From Aureliella sp. (GTDB lineage: Bacteria; Planctomycetota; Planctomycetia; Pirellulales; Pirellulaceae), in NCBI GenBank assembly GCA_963691875.1, contig OY829846.1, positions 3,584,001 through 3,648,000 of the forward strand: 64,000 bases of DNA, written 5' to 3'. The notes under the pieces are model-generated. The model was given only the letters and a program-made list of their open reading frames with translations, was not told where the DNA came from and did no database searches. This document shows positions 1-9,209 of this stretch, in pieces. Each line of letters begins with the position of its first letter. The first letter of the stretch is position 1. The position numbers were made by a program, and so were the translations under genes.

Positions 1-766
1 CTGCGACTGAGTCGCTTTGCAAGAAACGATAGACGGTTTCCCATCCATTGCCATGGTCGATCGTAATCGAATTACGCCCACTCGCCTCACGGTCTTCATA
101 TACATCTTTAGCGGAAGTGACGACACCGTCCGCCGCTGCAAGAACAGACTGGCCATGATCAATTCCGCGATGGTTATCCAGACCGATATCCCAATCATCG
201 TGCCAATCATGCGTGAAGAAACCTCCTGCATAATCACTTGCTACGCCCGGCCTTGGATCCACATCTACATAGTTCACGATCGACCAGTCTTCTCCAGCAA
301 CCCCGGGGGTTGGGAACAAGAACTTTTGAACAAGCTGCGCCTGTGCAGGCAAAACCTGAAACTGTAGTGAGTTATTTGTCTCGTCCTCTTCTGAGACACG
401 ATCGCCCACATCTAGCCCGACATCGATGCGAAGTGTTCCAGGCGTCGCGTAGCCCGCTAACGCAATGTGACTTTGGCTCACACCAACTCCAGGTGCCCCA
501 GCGAGTAGCTCACTCTGAATAGCGACGCCGTCGATGGCGTAAAGAATGCGATAGGAATCGCCAGCTTGCAGATTGCTCGTTTCGTAGTCGACCTTTACTC
601 TAACCTGCTGCCCTTCCAAGACAGCCTCCAAACGCTCTCCTTGGCCATCAACCAAAAAGGCGTCGACTACCTGCAGATCGGCAGCCAGCAGCTGGCGTTC
701 TTCGAGGGACTCGAGAGATGGTCGGAATCTCAGCCGCTCAGCGGCAAAATCAGGGCGGGGCTTCAC
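1..766 (-). CDS. Secreted protein with Planctomycete extracellular motif, CARDB-like domain and M23 peptidase-like domain (partial, runs off left edge)
   Basis: Hand translation (absent from ORF track): GTG at 766, VKPRPDFAAERLRFRPSLESLEERQLLAADL...VSEEDETNN...DYAGGFFTHDWHDDWDIG...VLAAADGVV...IDHGNGWETVYRFLQSDS; frame open to position 1. Confidence 0.8.
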   Translation of the reverse strand, partial: MKPRPDFAAERLRFRPSLESLEERQLLAADLQVVDAFLVDGQGERLEAVLEGQQVRVKVDYETSNLQAGDSYRILYAIDGVAIQSELLAGAPGVGVSQSHIALAGYATPGTLRIDVGLDVGDRVSEEDETNNSLQFQVLPAQAQLVQKFLFPTPGVAGEDWSIVNYVDVDPRPGVASDYAGGFFTHDWHDDWDIGLDNHRGIDHGQSVLAAADGVVTSAKDVYEDREASGRNSITIDHGNGWETVYRFLQSDSVA

Positions 767-1018
767 GATCAATCTCGGGAAATGGGGAGAGAAGCTGGCA
801 TTGTACCTGCACTAGAGTCGAACCGGAGATTGCGTGTTCGGATTACAGCAGTTTTTAAGCCAGACTCGCCAACCTGCAGAGTAAGGCCTTGCCCTGGAAG
901 GCTTTGAGCAAGCCCCTCGCTCGCAGAACGTTCTTTTTCCCTTTCTTCCGCGAACCTGCATCAAAACGGCCTTGTCTTGAACGCCGCTAACCGCGATTCT
1001 GTTAGCGCGTGACTGCAT

Positions 1019-1131
1019 GCCGTCGTTTGTGAGACGGTTCAGTTCCAGCGGCCTGGAACTGCCCCAAGAAATTGCAGCAGATTCCTTAGCTCGGATCTTT
1101 TGTGTGGATCCCGAGCGCACTCGAGCAGGAG
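1019..1131 (+). promoter_or_regulatory. Putative thrS translational operator (two tRNA-Thr anticodon-like hairpins) plus Shine-Dalgarno
   Basis: Stem GGATCT/GGATCC (1093-1111) extended by GCTC/GAGC, 7-nt loop UUUGUGU; second stem GCCGTC/GACGGT (1019-1038) with loop GUUUGUGA; SD AGGAG at 1127-1131. Confidence 0.65.
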
Positions 1132-1138
1132 ATTTACC

Positions 1139-3325
1139 GTGCTCCAAGTCCAATTGCCCGACGGCTCTCTCGTAGAACATCCTGAATCCGCTTCCGCGCT
1201 GGAGGTTGCTGAAAAAATCGGCTCGCGACTGGCCAAAGCCGTCGTAGCCGCCAAGGTCGAAGACAAAGTCATCGACGCCTTCCGACCATTGCAAGATCAA
1301 ACCGATCTTTCGCCAGTCCCGCTAACCTTGTTGACCAACAAGGACACCCAATCGCTCGACGTCCTGCGCCACTCCTGCGCTCACGTGATGGCTCGCGCCG
1401 TAATGCGATTGTTCGACGGCGTCTCACTCGCCTTCGGCCCCACCATCAACAACGGCTTTTACTACGACTTCGATCTCGATCACAAGCTGAGCGAAGATGA
1501 CTTTGCGGCCATCGAAAAAGAGATGGGCAAGATCATTCAAGAAGCCGAGCCCTTCGAGCAGTTCTCGCTCGGCCGCAAAGAAGCAGTCGAACTCTGCGGC
1601 GACCTGAAACAATCGCTCAAAGTCGAGCACATCGAAACTGGCCTAGCGGAACACGAACAACTGGGATTCTACCGCCAAGGCGAATTTGTGGACTTGTGCC
1701 GTGGTCCACACATCCCCGATGCAAGCAAGATCAAGGCCTTCAAGCTCCTGAGCGTTGCGGGCGCGTACTGGAAGGGTGATTCCAAGGGCAAGCAGCTCCA
1801 GCGACTCTACGGAACCGCCTGGTTCAGCAGCAAGGACCAGCAAGCTTACCTGGACCAGATCGAAGAAGCAAAACGTCGGGACCACCGCGTACTCGGCAAG
1901 AAGATGGGCTTGTTCCAAATCAGCCAAGAAGTTGGCAGTGGCCTGTGCCTTTGGTTGCCCAAGGGTGCCCGAGTCCGCGTACAACTCGAGAACTTCCTAC
2001 GTGAGGAATTGCTCCGTAGAGGTTACGAGCCCGTTTACAGTCCGCACATCGGCCGAGTCGAGCTTTACGAAACCAGCGGGCACTTCCCGTACTATCGCGA
2101 CAGTCAGTTTTCGCCCTTGTTCCAAGGACAAGCAGGCGGGCTGATCGACGCGTGGGTCGACAAGCTACAGAGCGAAGACGGACTTTCCGCGGACGAGGAA
2201 ATGCGTCTGAGCGATGCTGCGGAAGTCCTCGGAGCCGAGCTGCCGGATTACAATCCATCTGATTCGGTTGCAGAGCGTGTCGAGGTGCTTCAGGCCTGGC
2301 AGCGACAGAATGAACGATATCTGCTGCGGCCAATGAACTGCCCGCACCACGTAATCATGTTCAAAGCCCAACCGCGTTCTTACAAACACTTGCCACTGCG
2401 ACTGATGGAATTCGGCACCGTCTACCGCTACGAACAGACTGGCGAGCTGAACGGCATGCTTCGTGTTCGTGGCCTGACTCAAGACGATGCTCACATCTTC
2501 TGCACTCCAGAGCAAGTCGAAGAAGAATTCCGCAACACCATTGAGCTAACTCGTTTTGTGCTCGAGAGCGTTGGCTTCAGCGATTATCGCGTACAGCTCT
2601 CGTTGCGTGATCCCGCGAGTGACAAGTACGTCGGTAGCGAAGAGAACTGGGCGAAGGCAGAGGCTGCTTTGCGTCGAGTGCTCGACGAAAGTGGCTTGGA
2701 GTTCAATACTGCTGAAGGTGAAGCGGCTTTCTACGGACCGAAAGCCGACTTCATGGTCCGTGATTGCATCGGGCGAAGTTGGCAACTGGGTACCGTCCAG
2801 CTCGACTACAACTTGCCCGAGCGATTCAAGCTGGAGTACGTTGGTCCAGACAACAAAATGCACCAGCCTGTCATGATCCACCGAGCTCCATTCGGTTCGG
2901 TGGAGCGCTTCGTCGGCATGTTAATCGAGCACTTTGCCGGTGCCTTCCCGCTGTGGCTCGCGCCAGAACAAGTGCGAATTCTACCGCTCAGCGAGAAGAC
3001 CAACGACTACGCTTTGGAGCTTGAGCAGAAGATGACTGCCGCAGGCTTCCGAGTTTCCACCGATTTGCGTGGTGCTAAGGTACAAGCCAAGATCCGTGAC
3101 GCTCAGCTGGAGTTGATTCCTTATATGGCTGTTGTTGGACCGAAGGAAGCCGAAGCTGACGCGATTGCTTTACGCGATCGTATCGATGGCAATCTCGGTG
3201 CGATGCCCGTCGAGGAAGTCATAGCCAAGCTGCAGAAGGAAGTTGCCGAGCGAGAGATTCGACAGATCGCCAAACGCAGCGAGATTATCGAAAGCGAGCC
3301 CACCGGCTCCGGCGGCGAATACTAG
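1139..3325 (+). CDS. thrS: Threonine--tRNA ligase
   Basis: TGS N-terminus, [49 protein letters not shown] motifs; GTG at 1139 after AGGAG preferred over ORF-track TTG at 1100. Confidence 0.98.
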   Translation: MLQVQLPDGSLVEHPESASALEVAEKIGSRLAKAVVAAKVEDKVIDAFRPLQDQTDLSPVPLTLLTNKDTQSLDVLRHSCAHVMARAVMRLFDGVSLAFGPTINNGFYYDFDLDHKLSEDDFAAIEKEMGKIIQEAEPFEQFSLGRKEAVELCGDLKQSLKVEHIETGLAEHEQLGFYRQGEFVDLCRGPHIPDASKIKAFKLLSVAGAYWKGDSKGKQLQRLYGTAWFSSKDQQAYLDQIEEAKRRDHRVLGKKMGLFQISQEVGSGLCLWLPKGARVRVQLENFLREELLRRGYEPVYSPHIGRVELYETSGHFPYYRDSQFSPLFQGQAGGLIDAWVDKLQSEDGLSADEEMRLSDAAEVLGAELPDYNPSDSVAERVEVLQAWQRQNERYLLRPMNCPHHVIMFKAQPRSYKHLPLRLMEFGTVYRYEQTGELNGMLRVRGLTQDDAHIFCTPEQVEEEFRNTIELTRFVLESVGFSDYRVQLSLRDPASDKYVGSEENWAKAEAALRRVLDESGLEFNTAEGEAAFYGPKADFMVRDCIGRSWQLGTVQLDYNLPERFKLEYVGPDNKMHQPVMIHRAPFGSVERFVGMLIEHFAGAFPLWLAPEQVRILPLSEKTNDYALELEQKMTAAGFRVSTDLRGAKVQAKIRDAQLELIPYMAVVGPKEAEADAIALRDRIDGNLGAMPVEEVIAKLQKEVAEREIRQIAKRSEIIESEPTGSGGEY

Positions 3326-3416
3326 AATAGGTCTATTGGTCCTTAATTGACCCAATTGAGCAACATAGGGCGGCTGGGCGTTACACTCGTCCCGCCACCC
3401 TTCTTTGTGCCGCGAG

Positions 3417-3443
3417 TAGTTTCGGGAGGACAGTCCGAAACTA
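3417..3443 (+). terminator. Hairpin downstream of thrS (possible terminator or processing site)
   Basis: TAGTTTCGG-9nt-CCGAAACTA perfect 9-bp stem; weak U-tract. Confidence 0.4.
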
Positions 3444-3474
3444 TCCAAGTGTTTTCTCTCGCCCCGCCAGTTCC

Positions 3475-3669
3475 TTGAGCGACTGCAGCGACAACCGCCG
3501 ATTATTCAGTTCGTTAGCCAGGACTTATTCGAATCGGGCGTGATCACATCGAGTTTCCTCGCGAGATGCCCGATAGCTCACGGCGATACGGCTTACTGAA
3601 ACATAAGATGGCTAGCCTACGTCCGCTCAACAATCTGGAAGAAGCGACGGCTAGCTCCCAGTCGCTCAA
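3475..3669 (+). ncRNA. ssrS: 6S RNA-like rod-shaped RNA
   Basis: Closing stem TTGAGCGACTG/CAGTCGCTCAA, nested helices TTCAGT/ACTGAA and ATCGGGCGT/ATGCCCGAT, central bubble, ~195 nt; GCCGATTATTCA and GCGACGGC resemble 6S conserved segments. Confidence 0.6.
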
Positions 3670-3675
3670 TCTCCG

Positions 3676-4518
3676 TCAAGGATGATGTCGTCGCACAATT
3701 TCCAGGCACGGCGAGTGCAACTTGGTGTTACTAACAAGGATGCTCGTCTGACAAATTTTGAGCTCCTCTCCGAGTCCATTTGTCACCATGCCGCCGGCTT
3801 CCTCGACGATCAATCGTCCCGCAGCGAAATCCCAAGGCTGAAGCTGATACTCGAAGAAGGCTCCAAACTGTCCGTCGGCGACTTGGCAAAAGTCGAGCGC
3901 GGCGGTGCCAAAGCGGCGAATGCCATGGATGTTCTGCTTGAAGAAATCATGCACAGCAGCCAAAGTCGCTTCCATCATGGCGCCACGATCGTAATAGAAT
4001 CCGCAGCCCACCATTACTTCGTCTAGCCGCTCCGTCGATTTGACTTGCATGCGTCGGCCATTATGAAAAGCCCCTCCGCCTCGGCTGGCCCAATACCAAT
4101 CACCGCGGACCGGATTCACGACCAAACCACATATGGTTTGGCCTTTTTCATAGTAGCCGATCGAAACAGCAAAATGCGGAATACGGTGCGCAAAGTTGTT
4201 CGTTCCATCCAGCGGGTCGACGATCCAAAGATGATCCGCATCGACGTCACCGCTATATTCTTCTTCACCCAGGATTTTGTGATCGGGAAAAGCCTCTTGA
4301 ATGCAGGCAGCAATAGCATGCTCTGATTCGACATCGGCATCGCTGACTAAGTTGTAGCTTTCCTCGTCGGACTTCGAACGCATTTCCACACCGCGTTCGA
4401 AGTGCTTCAGGATGATCGCAGCGCCGCAGTGGGCCGCCTTAAATGCAACTCGGAGCTCCTTATTCTCAAGCGACTTTGACGCAAGTGGGAGTTCTAGCTG
4501 GGACTGTGAATCTGCCAA
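3676..4518 (-). CDS. suhB: Inositol monophosphatase family protein (SuhB-like)
   Basis: ILGEE, WIVDPLDGTNNF, IRRFGTAALD, PWDFAAG motifs. Confidence 0.9.
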   Translation of the reverse strand: MADSQSQLELPLASKSLENKELRVAFKAAHCGAAIILKHFERGVEMRSKSDEESYNLVSDADVESEHAIAACIQEAFPDHKILGEEEYSGDVDADHLWIVDPLDGTNNFAHRIPHFAVSIGYYEKGQTICGLVVNPVRGDWYWASRGGGAFHNGRRMQVKSTERLDEVMVGCGFYYDRGAMMEATLAAVHDFFKQNIHGIRRFGTAALDFCQVADGQFGAFFEYQLQPWDFAAGRLIVEEAGGMVTNGLGEELKICQTSILVSNTKLHSPCLEIVRRHHP

Positions 4519-4617
4519 GGATATGACTTTCGTTTGCGTAGATGCTTTCGCTTCGAGAAAGCCGTATTATGCGCGGCGTCGCTTGCGTGTGCGTCCCCAA
4601 TTAAGGCTGAAGCGCCC

Positions 4618-4935
4618 TTAAGATTTATTGCTGCTCAATTTTCGCCGCCGGGATCGCCGGGTCTTCTTCTCGCTAGGCAGCGCACCAGCCGGGGCAAACC
4701 ATAACAGCATGGCCAGCAAGCCAACGCCTGCGAGCGGATAAAGAATTGGAACGGAGATGTAATCAGTTTCTCCGCCAGACGTGGTTACATCATCTGGGTT
4801 CGTGCCGACTACAGAGGGACTGCCAAAGCTTCGGAACTGCACATGCGTTGTTCGAGTTATAAGACCAGCTAAAGCAATGATGATCGTGGTGATCATCAAG
4901 AACAATCCGGTTAGTCGTATACCAGGGAAAGACAT
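4618..4935 (-). CDS. Small two-TM membrane protein with basic C-terminal tail
   Basis: Two hydrophobic segments, RRSRRRK tail; co-oriented with neighbours. Confidence 0.65.
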   Translation of the reverse strand: MSFPGIRLTGLFLMITTIIIALAGLITRTTHVQFRSFGSPSVVGTNPDDVTTSGGETDYISVPILYPLAGVGLLAMLLWFAPAGALPSEKKTRRSRRRKLSSNKS

Positions 4936-4989
4936 GTTTGGGTTCCGTAGGGACTTATCTTCTGCTTTCTAGTCTTTCGGCACATGCGA

Positions 4990-5664
4990 CTACGCAGTGG
5001 CGTCCTCGACAATTCGTCCATCTAGCATGCGCACCAAGCGTTTCCCGCGCCTAGCCACTTGCTCGTCGTGAGTGACTATAACCAGAGTGGTGTTCCGACT
5101 TGTGTTCAACTCTGCCAACAAATCCATCACTTCCTTGCCACTATGACTGTCCAAGCTGCCGGTAGGTTCATCGGCTAGAATCACGGATGGCTCGTTGGCC
5201 AGTGCTCGGGCGATCGCGACACGCTGACGTTGGCCAATCGAAAGTTGGTTTGGCAAGTGCGTGCGTCGGTGCTCTAGGCCAACTAAGTCGAGCAACTCAC
5301 TGGCTCGCTGGACCCGCTTGGCAACCGGCAGCTGGCTTTCAAACATGGGGAGCTGCACATTCTCGAGGGCACTTAGATTCGGTAACAAATAGAACGACTG
5401 GAAGACAAAACCGATCTTTTGAGATCGCAGTTGATCAAGATTCTTTTGCTGGCTGAGAGCGGTACCTTCGAACAAGACTTCTCCTCTGGTTGGGCGATCC
5501 AGAGCACCGAGCATATTCAGCAACGTGGACTTGCCGCATCCACTGGGACCCATGATGGATAGGAATTCGCCGGCGGCAACTTCAAGCGAAACGCCCTCGA
5601 GTGCTTGAACCCGGCCGTCCTCATAGGTTTTGGTGACTTCATTCAGTGCGAGCATGGGCGGCAT
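4990..5664 (-). CDS. ABC transporter ATP-binding protein (LolD/MacB-type)
   Basis: Walker A GPSGCGKST, signature LSIGQRQR, Walker B ILADEPTG, VTHD; start trimmed to MPPMLAL. Confidence 0.92.
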   Translation of the reverse strand: MPPMLALNEVTKTYEDGRVQALEGVSLEVAAGEFLSIMGPSGCGKSTLLNMLGALDRPTRGEVLFEGTALSQQKNLDQLRSQKIGFVFQSFYLLPNLSALENVQLPMFESQLPVAKRVQRASELLDLVGLEHRRTHLPNQLSIGQRQRVAIARALANEPSVILADEPTGSLDSHSGKEVMDLLAELNTSRNTTLVIVTHDEQVARRGKRLVRMLDGRIVEDATA

Positions 5665-5829
5665 GAGCATGCAAATTCTGGTCGTACGTGAGTCGAAGGA
5701 ACGCCTTGTCTCGGCGGTCGTTGGGGCATATGGTATTCCGATTATTGGCACCTTTGTTTCTGACAAACGTGCCGCAAAACCCAAGCAAATGATAGCTGAG
5801 TAAAGATCCCCGAGACCACAGGTGATTCA

Positions 5830-6714
5830 GTGCTAGCAAAACCGATCGCATTGGGAATCCTACTGGTATTCTTAGGCTCTGGAATTTGCAGCCAAAAAGC
5901 AGCGGGCCAGGAGCAAACTGCGAAATCGGTCCCCATTCTTCCAGCAGGAACGGTCATTGACGGCAAATCCGCGAAGCAGTGGAATCGAACTTTGCTTCTC
6001 GCCAAGCCGCGAATCTCAAGTGGTGATGTTGAGACGCTCTCCGAGGATGTACGTAAGACCGTCTCGTCGTTCGTACTCAGTATATTGGCCACCATCGAAG
6101 GCTACGATGACGCTGCGTCCGGTCAAAAGCGGTATCGGCTTCGCGATGTAGGTATTGGCTACGCCATGCAGCAAGACGATAAATTGCTGACCGTCAGTTC
6201 CGCGAAACAATCGGAAATGAAGCTTGGGCTGAGCTTCGTAGGCAGCCAGATGCTGAAGACCAATGAGCAACAGTTGAAGACAGCGAGAATGATTGCGCGG
6301 ACTCCGACGATCTACATGTTCGACACCCCTTCGATAATGTTGCTAGGCGGAAAACACGTGAAGCTCATCACTCGGCACTTCATTTGGGTCGATTCGAAAT
6401 CCGGTTCGAGCTCCATGCTACTGTGGTTGATAGCCGAGGACAAAAGCGGAAATTGGCGCGTAGCTTCAAAGTCGCTGCAGTGGGTGCCCACTGGGACGCA
6501 AGAAGATCGAAAGGTACACGTTGATGGGGATCAGTTCTTTCTCGGAATCCCAAAGAACAAACGTGCTTTTGCACTAGAGTCGCTGCCACCCGGTAAAGCT
6601 GCGGAATGGAGTTCTGAAGCCATTGGGCTTGCATCCCGCCAGAGCTATGATGCTCGGAGCTTGCGTTCTCTTGCGTTAGCGTTAAATGCCTGCCTGCAGA
6701 ACTTAAGAAAGTAG
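5830..6714 (+). CDS. Hypothetical secreted protein
   Basis: 294-aa ORF with signal-peptide-like N-terminus. Confidence 0.75.
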   Translation: MLAKPIALGILLVFLGSGICSQKAAGQEQTAKSVPILPAGTVIDGKSAKQWNRTLLLAKPRISSGDVETLSEDVRKTVSSFVLSILATIEGYDDAASGQKRYRLRDVGIGYAMQQDDKLLTVSSAKQSEMKLGLSFVGSQMLKTNEQQLKTARMIARTPTIYMFDTPSIMLLGGKHVKLITRHFIWVDSKSGSSSMLLWLIAEDKSGNWRVASKSLQWVPTGTQEDRKVHVDGDQFFLGIPKNKRAFALESLPPGKAAEWSSEAIGLASRQSYDARSLRSLALALNACLQNLRK

Positions 6715-6817
6715 ACTGCACTAGCTTTTATTTGGGTTCGTTAACTAACCGCTCTTCTCGCAAATCGAGCCAAGAAAATCCAACGCCACCCGTATCAATC
6801 AGACTCGATTCAAATCG

Positions 6818-7305
6818 TTGTTTGAGTTGCTCTACGCCGAACCAACCGTGGCAATCACGGGCGTCGAAATCCATCGGTTGTCATTCAAAAATGCAAATCA
6901 GAGCAGGATCGGTTTAAACAATAACACGCCTGAACCCCTGCTTGGCGATTTCAGAAACGTTTCCAAAAGCGATGAAGACGGGCGGCTAGAGCTACAACCG
7001 CTGCCCGCAGAGCGAGGGTGATTGCATGGTTAATCTACACCAAGATGGCCCCGGGAAAGCAGGAAAACGTGCTGGCGCGCGACGGTGAGATCGGAGCCGT
7101 CACTCTGAATCAGGGCGTGCCGGTTCGTGTCAAGTTTAGCGTCGGTTCGAATAATGCAGCAGAGCTAGGCGGAACCAGGGTCGATGTCACGTTCTACCCA
7201 AATCAAGATGGTAGTCACTCGGCCGAAACCATCATGCACCAATATCACATCTCTGATAATGCGATCGAGTTCACGGCAAGCCCCACCGAGTATCGACATT
7301 TGTGA
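6818..7305 (+). pseudogene. Probable gene remnant (carboxypeptidase-regulatory-like beta-sandwich fragments)
   Basis: Two abutting short ORFs; SKSDEDGRLELQPLP and TLNQGVPVRVK resemble this domain; no intact gene in 6.7-8.0 kb. Confidence 0.3.
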
Positions 7306-7982
7306 GTTATTCTGGAGGACTACATTGTGATGAGTACTCTACCAAAAGCTCGCGGAGAGGCGAATGCGCGACTCAACTTAAGAGATGCCCAGAGCTCCAC
7401 AGTACCCATTACGATGTATCCTAAAGTAAAAGAAAAAGTGAAGGGAAGAGCCGTCGATGAAGATTCAATCGGACCGGCGGAGCTGGGGTCAGTGGCACCA
7501 TCGCAATCCCCATTGGAAGAAACCTCTTGCAGCGGGGGGACAATGGTCTGGCTGGGTAGCCGGAAGCGATGCAACAACGGACTCAGATGATCAATACGAA
7601 TGCGATCTCATTCCCGCTGACGCTCAAACCGAAGCAACCCACTAAATCCACTCCGTAGGGGCCTACGCAGATTGGAGACTCTCCTTAGTTTCCTTTCACA
7701 TCAAGTCGCAGACGCCAAGAGCGTGAAGAAGTTTGCTTAGGCAAACGAAATGACTTCTTCGATTGTCGCGAGCAACTCGAATGGGTAGATCAATACTAGC
7801 ACCGGAAGCTTGGCTTGAACGGCTCTCCTTACTATATTGCCCTCGATCTCAAAGGCAAGATTGAGAAAAACATTTGCCTCTAGAAGCCAGATCAAATCAG
7901 CGTGAGAAGGCGCAAGCTAGAGATGCCCCATCAAGCCGTTCATGGGAAGTAGCAAGAGGCTTTTCCGTATTTCGAGATGCGT

Positions 7983-8021
7983 AAAACAAAAGCCGCTGCG
8001 AGGAGGATATCCTTGCAGCGG
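7983..8021 (-). terminator. Intrinsic terminator of DUF1080 gene
   Basis: Minus strand CCGCTGCAAGGA...TCCTCGCAGCGG hairpin followed by CTTTTGTTTT, ~30 nt after the stop. Confidence 0.75.
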
Positions 8022-8052
8022 ACTACGAGTTTCTATATTGAGCGGCAATCAA

Positions 8053-8904
8053 TTATGGCTTGAGAACTTTTAGCTCAACCTTGCGGAAGTCCACAGGATG
8101 ACTCTCCGACTGCAAGGAAATAAACCCCCCCTCAAGCATCACGCCGCCCTGTTTCTCTGCCAGCATCTTGGCGTGAGCGTCATTCACATCCAGTTGCGGC
8201 TTGCTGTACTCAAGAATGACCTCACCATCGATCGAATGTTTGACAGTACCAGATCCTCGCACTTCTACCTCAACAGTGACCCATTGTTCTCCATGATAGG
8301 TCTTGGAAGTCGAGCTGGTGCAGTGTGGGCGGTGCAACTTGCCATTCATGACTACATTGGTTCCCGGTGTACACAAGTTCGCTGTCGTGCGTTTTTTCTC
8401 GCCATCGCCACCCAAGATTTGATACTCGATCGAAGTAGGAAAATCCTGATCCTTGGTCATCAACTTTGGATCCTCGCAGTGCAGCATCAGACCGCTATTG
8501 CGAATCGCCCACCCCGGACCCCCGGTGACTTGATCTCCAACGAAGCGATATTCGACTCGCAGGATGTAATGCGAAAAGGACTGTTTGTAAAATAGATGGC
8601 CGAACTTCTCACCAAACTTCGGATAGGACTCGTCCTCATAACGAACCTTGAGCAAACCATCTTCGACGCGGAAAGTGTTTCCGAAATTGTCCCCAAGATC
8701 GTGATAGCGAATCTTCGGCGTCCAACCATCCAGATTCTTACCATTGAAGAGCTGAATCCACTCAGACGTCTCCTCCGTGTCGCCTTCGGCTCCGTCAACG
8801 GCCTGTAGGCTTATGCCTGTGCGTTGCTGAGCATAAATGGGTGAAATCGCGAGAATTCCGGTAAGCAAAATGGCTTTGGTGAGTCTATCCAAGTAGTAGT
8901 TCAT
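8053..8904 (-). CDS. DUF1080 (3-keto-disaccharide hydrolase family) protein
   Basis: WIQLFNGKNLDGW, NSGL, IEYQI, GFISLQSESHPVDFRKV; signal peptide; start at MNYY. Confidence 0.92.
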   Translation of the reverse strand: MNYYLDRLTKAILLTGILAISPIYAQQRTGISLQAVDGAEGDTEETSEWIQLFNGKNLDGWTPKIRYHDLGDNFGNTFRVEDGLLKVRYEDESYPKFGEKFGHLFYKQSFSHYILRVEYRFVGDQVTGGPGWAIRNSGLMLHCEDPKLMTKDQDFPTSIEYQILGGDGEKKRTTANLCTPGTNVVMNGKLHRPHCTSSTSKTYHGEQWVTVEVEVRGSGTVKHSIDGEVILEYSKPQLDVNDAHAKMLAEKQGGVMLEGGFISLQSESHPVDFRKVELKVLKP

Positions 8905-9104
8905 TGTTTTTCCTAGTGTTGTCGCGAATACCGAACGAGTTACCGCAGAATAGTCAGATTTCAAGCGACCGGTAGTCGGGGCAGCTTTGCATACCAAGAG
9001 CTGCAAAACCAAAAAAATTTGGAGCTGAGTTTCCGCTCAGGAAGTGTTGGTATCTGGGTAGATTGGATCAATAATGATGCGTTGACCGATAAAACAGGTT
9101 GGCT

Positions 9105-9132
9105 GTAAATATACAAGTAAATATACAAGTAA
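9105..9132. repeat. 12-bp AT-rich tandem repeat in divergent promoter region
   Basis: GTAAATATACAA GTAAATATACAA GTAA. Confidence 0.8.
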
Positions 9133-9209
9133 CTTGCCCAGCTCGCGACTGTCTCCTTCAAGACAAGCCTGGGGCATAAAATTACATAGAAAAGCTTAGG
9201 AAGGTCGCA

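Noticed and set aside
1100..1138. ORF-track N-terminal extension of thrS
   Set aside because: The TTG lies inside the operator-like loop and lacks an SD; GTG at 1139 has AGGAG and matches the TGS start.
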